DNA of 63,950 nucleotides, filler included, from Octopus bimaculoides (taxonomy: Eukaryota), in assembly GCF_001194135.2 (NCBI RefSeq). It is 5 parts of 3 records of this genome, joined end to end, with 100 filler letters (N's around TTAATTAATTAA, not from the genome) between each part and the next. Parts side by side here need not be neighbours in the genome. Positions count along the whole stretch, not along the records: positions 1 to 27,258 come from NC_068982.1; 4 more parts are not named here. The stretch is one strand, 5' to 3'. Made by a program: the position numbers and the translations under genes. The notes beneath the pieces were generated by a model. It was not told the origin of the DNA. It did no database searches and saw nothing but the letters and a program-made list of their open reading frames with translations. Of the stretch, positions 12,761 through 23,242 are shown in pieces; within the stretch, counting starts at the first letter, position 1, and every line of letters begins with the position of its first letter.

Positions 12761-12799
<39 letters not shown>

Positions 12800-12801
<2 letters not shown>

Positions 12802-12985
12802 TTAAAAAAAACAATAACAAAAAAACAACAAAGTGAGGACGTGATATGGATAGTGTTATTGGACGCTCAGGAAGGGAAAGAAAGAGTGTATGACGTTTCG
12901 GGCGTAGCCCTTCGTCGGAAAGATGGAAAGTTCGGAGAATGGAAGAACGGAGAAAGAGGAAAATGGTACCGATGCCCACGAGGTT
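12800..12985 (-). mobile_element. Penelope-like terminal fragment with a degenerate hammerhead-like core
   Basis: Minus strand cttt-ccgacga-a-gggc(tac)gccc-gaaacgtc followed by a pyrimidine-rich tail. Confidence 0.45.
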
Positions 12986-13524
12986 ACGTTGTGAAAAGAC
13001 CGGAAGAGGAGGTGGTGGGGGAAAAGTTCTTTTTCAAGACAGGAGAGTGAAAAAGGGAGATGAATATCTGTGCGTGTGCGGGAGTCTGCGAGTGTGTGTG
13101 TGATAGCAGAACGTGTGTGTGCATATGTATGTATGTGTATGTGTATGTGTGTGTGCCGAAATTTCCCTTATAATAAACTTCCAGGATTGTACTCTTTTTA
13201 TTTTATCCCTCTACATCTCTGTTCAGAGTACTTTCTATGTCTTGTTTTATTCACTGAATGTAATTACTTTTCTATGATTATACACAAACTGATATACTGG
13301 ATTGTGTACACACACACATACACGCATTACATATTATGTATATATACACGCGCACGTATGCATAATGTTATGTATGTAAATATATAAAGAATAACTAATA
13401 ACAAAACAAGAAAATTATAGCAAAAATAATAAGTAAATCAAAAAGATTCCAGTATTTATGAATCGTTTGTGTTCTGTAAAAATAACCACACCCATCCTTT
13501 ATCGCATCTGCTGTAGCATAATTA

Positions 13525-13640
<116 letters not shown>

Positions 13641-13889
13641 ATTGTCATTATTGTTATTATACGTATTTGACGACGATATATTTTTTCTACATGTTTATAT
13701 ATCTTCTCTTCTGTTCTGGAATATTCTTCAAAGACATTTTGCGTGCGTGCTGCATGCGCTTGTATGTCTGTATGTATCTATGTATATGTGTGTACATGTA
13801 TGTAAGTATGTAAGAATGTATGTATGTACGTACATATGTAGTCCCTTTTACTTTCCGTACTGAAAGTGCATTTTTCATTCATGATTATA

Positions 13890-13945
<56 letters not shown>

Positions 13946-13946
<1 letters not shown>

Positions 13947-14173
13947 TGAACTACTAGCATAAAAGACAAAACATCTGTGGACAATGGAAAAGGTCCAGGT
14001 CGTCCCAGTTGTTGTCGGGGCGCATGCGTACTATGAGCACCAGAAAAACAAAAAACAGCCCTTGTAACCGCTAGAATACTTAGAAAAGTGCTTGACAAAT
14101 GGAGGTGCCACTTCAGGCCACAGGTTGAGGACAGGTATTATACCACCAGCAATAAATGCTGTGCGACAAGCGG
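13946..14173 (+). mobile_element. 3' tail of an R4/Dong-like non-LTR retrotransposon
   Basis: Encodes HLWTMEKVQVVPVVVGA, then after a frameshift QKTALVTARILRKVLD, the C-terminus typical of RLE-type LINEs; (AAT)n on both sides. Confidence 0.75.
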
Positions 14174-14745
14174 AATAATAATAATAACAACAACAACAAT
14201 GTTAATAATAAGCGAAGGGGTATTTGCAATAAATTTAAGGGAAGAAAAAGCGATTTAAGAACAGAAAAAGATATGAAAGACAGATAGGTTGATGAAATAT
14301 ATATCTTAAAAAATGTGGATCCCAGTCATTAAAATTTTTTATTAAATTTTAATTTTAATCATTTTTTTTTTTTTTTGCGTGTGTGTATTTAATCTTATCT
14401 GAACCCGACTGGAATCCTGTGAAGGATACATGAGAAATGGGAATTTGAGTGGTGTAGCATTAATAAAGAAAAATTGAAGTGAATCGGGTTGATCTGGCAC
14501 TGGATGCCAGTCAACCCAGAGTTTACCGTCGCCTGACGATGCCTGCCAATTTTTTGTCAACTATAATGACAAAGCATTATAATGATAACAATTATTACAA
14601 TTATTACAATTATTACAATTATTGTTATCATTTATATAGACTCTGTGAGTAATAATTTCATCATTTGAAGGTAGCAACATATGCCAATAAGATTTTACAT
14701 ACACTCAACACTCAAACACGCATATATATATATACACACACATAT

Positions 14746-15058
14746 GGCACTCCGTCGGTTACGACGACGAGTGTTCCAGTTGATCCGATCAACGGAATAG
14801 TTAACGTGCATGTGGCTGAGCACTTTACAAGTACGTGTACTCTTAAAATAGTTCTTAGGGAGATTCCGCAGGACATAGAGAGTGTCAAGGATGACCCTTT
14901 GAAATACAGGTACGACTCATTTTTGCCAGCTGAGTGTACTGGAGCAACATTAAATAAAGTGTCTTGCTTGCTCAAGAACACAACGCGTGGTCGGAAATTA
15001 AACTCACGACCTCATGATCGTAAACCGAATACCCTAACCACTAAGCCACGCGCCTTCA
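14746..15058 (-). mobile_element. Near full-length tRNA-derived SINE, family C
   Basis: tRNA head at 15058-14985 and ccgttgatcggatcaactgg tail; homologous to 52426-52751. Confidence 0.8.
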
Positions 15059-15169
15059 CTACACACACACACATACATACCATTTCCCTGACGTTCATAC
15101 AATTGTTATCACTATTAACACTACCAACAGGATTCCACTGTCGTCACCATCATCATCATTTTTTAGTAA

Positions 15170-15385
15170 TATTGGTTTCAAATTTTGGCACAAGGCCAGC
15201 AAGTTCGGTGGAAGGGTAAGTCGGTGACATTGACCCCAGTGCTCAACTGGTACTTATTTAATTGACCCCGAAAGGATGAAAGACGAAGTCGACTTCGGCA
15301 GAATTTGAATTGAGAACGTAAAGACGGACGAAGTGCCGCTAAGCATTTTGCCCGGCGTGCTTACGATTCTGCCAGTTCACGCCCT
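15170..15385 (-). mobile_element. SINE family A
   Basis: Matches the consensus ...gagttcaaattctgccgaagtcgac...tttcggggtc. Confidence 0.8.
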
Positions 15386-15845
15386 TCATTGTTTAGTAAT
15401 ATAAAAATAAATAAATAATGCAGCTGAAAAGTTGATTCCTGATCATCATGCTCTACTTTAAAAAAATAATTCAGGGTGGAAAAAGGAGACCCGGTTCCTC
15501 TCCGCTTCCAGTAAATTCTTTGTGATGTGGTTGAGAGTAGAGAATACTAGGTACGTTGAACGGGTTTACTATCAGATTGCACATCTAGGCCGGGAAACAA
15601 GTGAGGGCTTCTTGCCTTGAAAATTATGGCCATTGAGACTTCGTGGGATCTCCTTCATTAGCCCGCTAAGCAGCTACCCCTCCTACCGGGGAATTAGTTT
15701 AATGCTGCTTACGCTACCCACTATTCTTACACAAACACCCTACCGTATTTGTGTTTGTCTTCTTTGAGCCCTTGAGGGTTAATAATGAAAATATTCCTCC
15801 TCCATCTCATCATCATCATTATTATTATTATCATTTTTAAAATTA

Positions 15846-16120
15846 TTTGCATGCTATATTACTTAGCAGAGATGCTGTTTTGATGCTCATATTTCAAGAA
15901 TCTGTCTAAGAATTTTTGCAGAATACAGACTTGCACTTCTCTGCAGGTCGACAATGCAAGTCTCAGTTCCAATACCCTTCTGCCTCTTAGGAAATATTTT
16001 GGGTATTGTGTCAAGTGCACTAATTACCACAAGAAAAACCCTCACCTTTGTCCTTCACAATCTCTTCATCACTCTCGTTAGGTCCGGATATAACTCAATT
16101 TCTTTGGTGTCTATTCTTTT
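15846..16120 (-). mobile_element. 3' tail of an R4/Dong-like non-LTR retrotransposon
   Basis: KEIELYPDLTRVMKRL*RTKVRVFLVVISALDTIPK...DLQRSASLYSAKILRQILEI*; AAT repeats at both ends. Confidence 0.75.
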
Positions 16121-16642
16121 ATTATTATTATTATTATTATTTGGCGATGGCTGGACAGAATCTTTAGGCTGTCGGGCAAAATACCTTGTGACATTCAGGT
16201 TCTTTCTCTTTCATCCTTCCGGAGTCGATAAAATAAGGTACCACTTATATACTGAGGTCGTTTTACATAGGTGTAACCATCCCACAAATTTCTGGTCTTA
16301 TTAGTGTTATTATACCGTTTACCAGAACATTCACATCTTCGTGTGTAACGTTTTAAAATACTTTAACTATGTGGAACAACATCGAAGACATGGCCGATAC
16401 ATTGAATAACTCAATGAAACAACATTATGAAGATCAATAACTCTGATGGGGATCAGTGACTGCTATGAAGATTAATAAATTTGTGCAATATAAACGAAAC
16501 AAAAACTTCAACTTACAATGAAAGTAAACAGTTTGTTTTAGAAGCGTTGAGATATATTGAAAAATACAGAAATAATTTTCTTTTTATTCTGAAACGCGTG
16601 ATCAGGAGATATTATCCATACATTGCAGAAAAATTTGTTACC

Positions 16643-16716
16643 GGTCAGCCATGAAAATCGAACTCACATACCTGTGATTACACGTCAAGTGCTTTACCAT
16701 TAAGCTAAACTGAACA
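16643..16716 (-). pseudogene. tRNA-like relic (Thr-TGT-like) or SINE head
   Basis: gttcagtttagcttaatggtaaagcacttgacgtgtaatcacaggtatgtgagttcgattttcatggctgacc has A and B boxes and 6/7 acceptor-stem pairing, but a broken anticodon stem. Confidence 0.5.
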
Positions 16717-17104
16717 GTAACGAATTCTTCTGCAATTTTAGAACTTATAAATTTAGCTTCAATTTATGTAAATCAAGAAATTTTCCCGCTTCCAGTAAAT
16801 TTACCAAGAGATGGGCGATTATAGCAAAAATGGCCGACAGTGAATGAAATAAGTCTCAGCTGGATGAGAGCTCGTGCTATTGGTGATGAGGGTCGTCTTG
16901 GATCTGCCGGATTCCTTGATTAGTTCTATTCGGAGGATTTCCAATATCATCCGTGTATTCACACATTTTGTATACAATCTATATATTTTTTCATGTCATT
17001 TCTCCCCTACATCAATTGTTACTTGTCTTTATAATTTCCTCCTCACTTGATGCCCCTCGGTAAAACCATCGCCTTCATTATTATAATTGTTATTGTCCCA
17101 AAGC

Positions 17105-17385
17105 TATTATATGCTAATTTCATTAGTAGGAGCGTTATCTTGCGGTTTGGTGACAAGCCTCTTTAAATCTCAAGAATCCGAAGATTTTCGCAGGATATCT
17201 GATTGAGTTTTTTGCAGGTTGACAGTGCGAGTCTCGATTTCAATATCCTCCAACTTGTTAGGTAGCATTTTGAGTGTTGTTCCAAGTGCACCACAGGAAA
17301 AAATTATTGTCTTAACCTTCCATAATCTTTTTACTTCTCTGGTTTAGTCCTTAAAGTGGGTGAATGTAGCAAAGATGGTCCGTGT
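17105..17385 (-). mobile_element. Degenerate 3' tail of an R4/Dong-like non-LTR retrotransposon
   Basis: KRLWKVKTIIF/CGALGTTLKMLPNKLEDIEIETRTVNLQKT..ILRK with frameshifts. Confidence 0.65.
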
Positions 17386-18890
17386 GAATGGGCCTACTCT
17401 TAATAAACGCTTGAGAAGCAGTGAGGTACCCTGCCTGCTGTGCCATCGGCGGTCGGGCTGATCAGGATGTATGAGGTTCTTTGGTTGACCCTAGGAGGTA
17501 CTGCCCTATTTTGGGGAATTTTATGGTTTAATTTTGTTGTTAATTGTTATTGTTGTATTTTATTTTTATTCCCGAAAATTGTGCTAAATTCCACTAGTCT
17601 CTTGTACTGTATTGTCCCTTATCGTTCTGTTCGACCCTTGTGGCCAATAAAAAAGAAAAAAATTATTATTATTATTATTATTTTTAATGTAAAAATTAAT
17701 ATTCATCATAAAGCATTTGCCACTACTTCTGAAGAAAAAATTCAGCGCTTCAAAACTTCCAGTCTAAATATATCAATGTTTCAGGCTATGCGTTGATAAT
17801 AATTTCTACTTGTTTGATGAGTGTTTGTTACATCAGTGTGTACACCAGTTTGAGGAATGCACATTCTGGATTCAACTAATTGCTGAGAAAGTTTTGAAAT
17901 AGCTGTAAAGATGCGTCTAGAAATGTATTTTTTACTCCGCCAGTTATATTTATAGTTGAGTTTATATAATAGCCGTTATAAATTATATAAATGATATGAT
18001 ACCATAAATACGTGTTTGTCCATCTTTTGTTTGTCTTTTTATAATAATAATAGCAACAACAATAATATTAATAATGATACTTATAATAACAATTGTTTCT
18101 AATTTCAAAACAAGGTTAGAAGTGAGGTTATTTCACCGTCGACTTCAGTACTTTATCGATTCTGAAAGTCAGAAAGCAAGACTGACTTCGGTGGAATTTG
18201 AACCAAGTAGGAACGATCTGAGTTAAATATTACAAAGAAACACCTTGGGGGGGGGGGGGAGACAAAAGAGTGATTCTAGGATATGACTGGTATATTATTC
18301 ACGGGTTTTGAACGGAGAACACTGTGTATTACAGCCCCATCTTTCACAGCTCCAGTTTTACCCTCAATTCTCCCCATTCTCGTCAGGCACTGCCACCAGT
18401 TTGTTATCCACCCTTATCTGCCAACTATCTTCAATGATGATAATGAGGGTTTCCATTTCGAGGAGGCAGAATAAGACCCAGAAATTTCGAGAAAATTATT
18501 ATTTGGTCAATTAAGTTCACTATAGATGTGAGGAAGAAAAGATGGCCACCAGCAGGATTGTATCCGAAGTTATTTATTTACTTGTCTTTCTACGAGCTCA
18601 AACATTATCATTCACTTCTGCCATTAACCAAATTAGTCAAAATGGTTTCCATTACTACAAAGATGATGACGACGACGGTGACGATGATGATGACGACAGT
18701 CATAACGAAAACCAGTGATAAAATTACAGACATTCACACCAGCTTGCAAATTGTCTTTGAAAATTATACAGTTCATATATGTATATATATGTATGTATAC
18801 ATACAGTCATTATATTTATGTATATACATATGAAAATACTTATAGACATATAAGTATATGTTCTACACATAAACACACACATATATGCAA

Positions 18891-18921
<31 letters not shown>

Positions 18922-19794
18922 ACAGTTACGCTAGAGATATGTGTGCTTGTGTGTGTATAAATATATACAAGATATACGTACATATATATATATATATATT
19001 TATTTATATATATATATATTCATTACAACAACAACAAAAATACAAAATACAAGAAAGCCATAAATAATTTGAATCTGTGCATCAAGTATATATATATATT
19101 TTTTGCTATTTTTATTATTATCATCATTATATATATTATATATTATATATTATATATCATTTAATTAGTTTTATACTGTTTCATTAAAATTCTGTGCCAT
19201 ATAGTCTTCAGTTATAGTTTTTGTTGTTGTTGTTTTTATAACTCCAGCGTTTTGGGTTTCTTTTTTTTTTTTTCGCTTTCGCGTTCATTTTTTCTTTTAT
19301 TGTGTATATTTTTTTCATATTTGTGATCCTTTTTACATCTTGCAATGTCTGGAGTTTTTTTTTTTTTTTCTTATTTTGTTTCCAATCTTTTTTTATTGCT
19401 GGTTTTTTTTTTCTTAAATCAAATCCAAAACAACAAATAATAATAATAAAAAAAACATTGAATATTGTTAACTATTACTGTTATCATAATAGTAATAACA
19501 ATAATAGTCATCATAACTGTTTCTATTATTAATATTGGTATTTTTTTTTTTTGTTTTCATTTTGTAATTTTTTTACTTTTCATATTTTTAATTTAGGGGC
19601 CGGAACTGGAGAGAAAAAAAAATAATGAAAGGAAAGGGGAAGGTGTAAAGCAGTCAACAAGGATTCTTTAAGTTAATCCTCAATAACAATGTCTGGCATA
19701 ACATCAGTGCCATATACTCTGTTATCTATTGTTCAACAAGAAAATCTGTACAACGGTTCTTCAAAGTCCTATTATACATCATATATACATGCAT

Positions 19795-19841
<47 letters not shown>

Positions 19842-20060
19842 TTTATGTATATTTATACATATGTATGTATATATGTATATATATTTATACATATGTATGT
19901 ATATATACATATTTATATATATTTAGTGGTGCGTTAACAGTGTTTTGTTTCAACGCAATACTGTATGTCCTACAGAAAATATCTATAGATTTTAGCAAAC
20001 ACTGTATGTTGTAGACAAGTGTAAATACCTTGTCATTATATACAATATGCAATGTACAAT

Positions 20061-20158
<98 letters not shown>

Positions 20159-20163
20159 ACTCA

Positions 20164-20364
20164 TTACGTAGCCGAAACCAAAGCTTCTCGGGCTGTGTGC
20201 TGGCAGTAATTACACATTTTATAAATAGCCTCTTTCTTTTGTTGCATGGCAACGGCCTCCGTTAGCAACATGGCCGCTGATAAATTCATTCCCAATGTCG
20301 CCATCATGTATTCGCGCGTTAGCGACAGCAGTGTCTTTCCATTAATTCGGTTTTCTCGGAAAAC
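20164..20364 (-). CDS. SAM-domain corepressor-like gene, last coding exon (VFRENRINGKTLLSLTREYMMATLGMNLSAAMLLTEAVAMQQKKEAIYKMCNYCQHTAREALVSAT*)
   Basis: T-rich tract + ccctag acceptor, phase 0, 66 codons + TAA. It completes the SAM domain (cf. SAMD11 VFREQGIDGETLPLLTEEHLLTNMGLKLGP). The five exons total 4260 nt, a multiple of 3. Confidence 0.92.
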   Translation of the reverse strand, partial: VFRENRINGKTLLSLTREYMMATLGMNLSAAMLLTEAVAMQQKKEAIYKMCNYCQHTAREALVSAT

Positions 20365-20573
20365 CTAGGGAAAAAGAAAAGAAACAGAAAAGAAAATAAA
20401 TAAAATAATAATAGAAACAAATTTTTTTTTTCCTTAAAATTAACCGTTGGTAGAAGTATGATAACAAAAGCAATAAACTGTAATATTAGAACGAGAAAAG
20501 TTAATAGACGTACATTGTTTTTTGATTTTTTAATAATAATAATAATAACAATAACAACAACAACAGCTGAAGT

Positions 20574-20847
20574 GGGAAATATGCAAGATGTGGGCTCTGT
20601 AGGGAGTGGATGTAATACCAATAGTAATTATCGTGCTTGGAAGCATCAGTGCTCAACTACCAACATGGCTCAAAAAGATTGATACAAATGTAAATCTACC
20701 AAAATCAGCATTACTTGGAATTGTATGAGTTCTCCACAAGGTTCTTGAAGAATGACCAGTAAACAAGTCACCTTAGTCAGCTGACTCTGGACAGCTGACA
20801 CTTTCCATCATATCCAGCAAAATAAACTGGGAGTTTTCATCAAACAA
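20574..20847 (+). mobile_element. 3' tail of an R4/Dong-like non-LTR retrotransposon, in the last SAM-gene intron (antisense)
   Basis: IVLGSISAQLPTWLKKIDTNVNLPKSALLGIV*VLHKVLEE*; (AAT/AAC)n upstream and aataataataat downstream. Confidence 0.7.
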
Positions 20848-21341
20848 TAATAATAATGGTTTTTGATTTATACCCAAGGCCAAACATTTTGAAGGGAGAT
20901 GGTCGACACCATTAATTCCAGTACTTCATTGGTACTTTATTTTATCAACCGCAGAAGGAGAAAATATGAATGTAATGAATCAGAAGAAATATTGCAAATT
21001 GTTTTTACCCCAACATTCTATCAATTCTACCAGCACTTGCCCTTTTTTCATTCAACATTATCGTTTCTAATTTTGGGACAAAGTCAGCAATTTTGAGAGT
21101 ATCGATATCATTGACCCCAGTATTTTATTGGTAGATTATTTTATCAATACCAGAAAGGTGAAAAGCAAAGTTCACTCAAGCAGAATTTGAACTCAGAATG
21201 TAAAGAACAGGAAGAAACATTATGCTAAGCATCTTGGCCAATGCACTAACGACTGAACCATGTCACTACTCTCTGACTTAGTGCCGTATAAACAATGTTA
21301 AATACAAATAAATAAATAAATAAAAAGAACATCGGGCTTAC

Positions 21342-22674
21342 CTCTGTATATTCCATGCACCCTTCTAACTGAGCAATGAACTGACAAACTTCCAGAACTG
21401 TCCATTGGTGGATGTAACGTGGAACAATTCCTTTCTTGAAGGTACAAGTACAGCCTTTCCTGATCATCTCTTCCATACTAAAATCTGTATTGTTGCTGTT
21501 GCTGTTGTTATTGTTGTTGTGACCGCTGCTGCAACTGTTGCCGCTATTATTGTTGTTGTTATTGATGGTGACGTTGGTGGTGGTATTGTTACTGTAAGTC
21601 CGTGATTTACCCAAAGGACTTATCACTGCCCCACTCACCGCAGATGCACCACTGTTGCTACTCGTCAACTCCCCATGTTTCGATACTTTCATATTGTCTA
21701 CTTTGTGAAGATTACTTCCTCCATTCATACCATTCAACCGCACAGAATTCTCCGTGTGGTAGCCATGTTGTTGCTGTTGTTGTTGTTTATTGGCTAATTT
21801 CTTACAGTCTTTATTGCCGTTTAGTAATAAACCGCTGTTAACACCGTTTAACCGGAACCCAGAGTGATGGTGATTGTGATGATTATGGCTGTGGTTAATG
21901 TTACTGTTGTTGTTGTTATTGTTGTTGTAGTTAACGGTGTTGTGATTATTGTTACTATGGTTGTTGTTGTTGTTGTGATTGTTGTTGATACTGTTGTGAT
22001 GGTTGGTGTTGTTACTGTGGTGGTGGTGGTGGTGGTGGTTGTGGTAGTCCATTTTCATACGTTTCGTCGACAGATCGAGGGCCTTCTCGGCATCGGACAC
22101 TGACCGCTTGTGACCACTAGAATTTGTGGTTGAGGATATCGCAGACGATGATGATGTCGACGACAATGACGACGACGATGATGATGACAAGGATGACGTA
22201 GACGAAGAAGTAGAAGATACATTGCTGGACAAGGAGACATTGCCCATGCTCGGATGTCCAGTGGTAGATGTGGGGCTGTTGGTGGAGGCGGTAGTGCCAC
22301 CTGCTGCTGAGCAGTGAGTTGTCGACGTTGTCGACGATGACTGTGTCGGTGTAGGGGTACCACAGGGTGTGGGTGTCGTACATGGCGTGAGGAGACCCTC
22401 AGCGGGTAGATAAGACATGGGACGGAGCAGTTCAAACATGCGTGGTGTTGTCTCCAAGGGAAAGCGTGGTGGATAGATGAGTGGTGCCACAAACTGTCCT
22501 GGGAAACTAGCCAAACGTAACGACGTTGGCGGGAAGAAGTACGGATCACGTGGTAAAAATGCCGGATGACCGTAAAGCATACAATTCTGGAACAGTGGTG
22601 GAAATCCCGGATGGATGGCATCAGCTGGTCTCAACTGGGAGAAGTATTGATCGTAGCCATTCATATTAGGAGCC
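21342..22674 (-). CDS. SAM-domain corepressor-like gene, exon ending in the first half of the SAM domain (WTVLEVCQFIAQLEGCMEYTE)
   Basis: Lies in the 472-aa ORF 21246-22664; cttcag acceptor, gag|gtaagc donor. The sequence matches the SAMD11-type SAM start WTVDDVCSFVGGLSGCGEYTR (recalled). Confidence 0.93.
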
Positions 22675-23242
22675 CTGAAGAGAAAGACAGAAATAGTTGA
22701 GTATATGTAAATGGTTACTACAGTGATGATGTTGATTTGTGGAAAGGCATTTTCCCTGACACTCTAACTTATCAACTAACTTGTAACAAGAAATATTGTC
22801 AAGTGTTTTTAGTATGGTTACAAATAATTTGAAATGTCGATCCATGCTTTCAAAAGACATGAATATAATAGCTATACTTTCAGAATCTGATTTTAGAATT
22901 CAAGAATAAGCACTCAACGACCCGTCTGTCATAGCAGAATTGATACTGGTGCTGGTGCCACGTAAAAAGCACCTAGTACACTTTGTTGAGTGATTGGTGT
23001 TAGGAAAAAAAATCCAGCCATAGAAACCATGCCAGAACAGACAATGGAGCCTGGTGAGGACCCTTGCCATACCAGCTCCAGTCAAACTGTTCAACCCATG
23101 CTGGCATGGAAAACGGACATTTAATGATGATTAAATGAAATATTTTTAAAATAAGGAATTATATGATGAATAAATATTAAACAAACATTTGTAAAATAAA
23201 TAAGAATTAAAACGAAAAAACAAATAAACTTGGTCTACTTAC

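Noticed and set aside
14488-14520. ~13-bp hairpin gggttgatctggca-ctgga-tgccagtcaaccc as a pre-miRNA
   Set aside because: Too short, and pairing does not extend into the flanks.
18652-18676. YYKDDDDD resembling a FLAG tag (vector contamination)
   Set aside because: It is explained by a GAT/GAC repeat in native-looking flanks, and the terminal Lys of the tag is missing.
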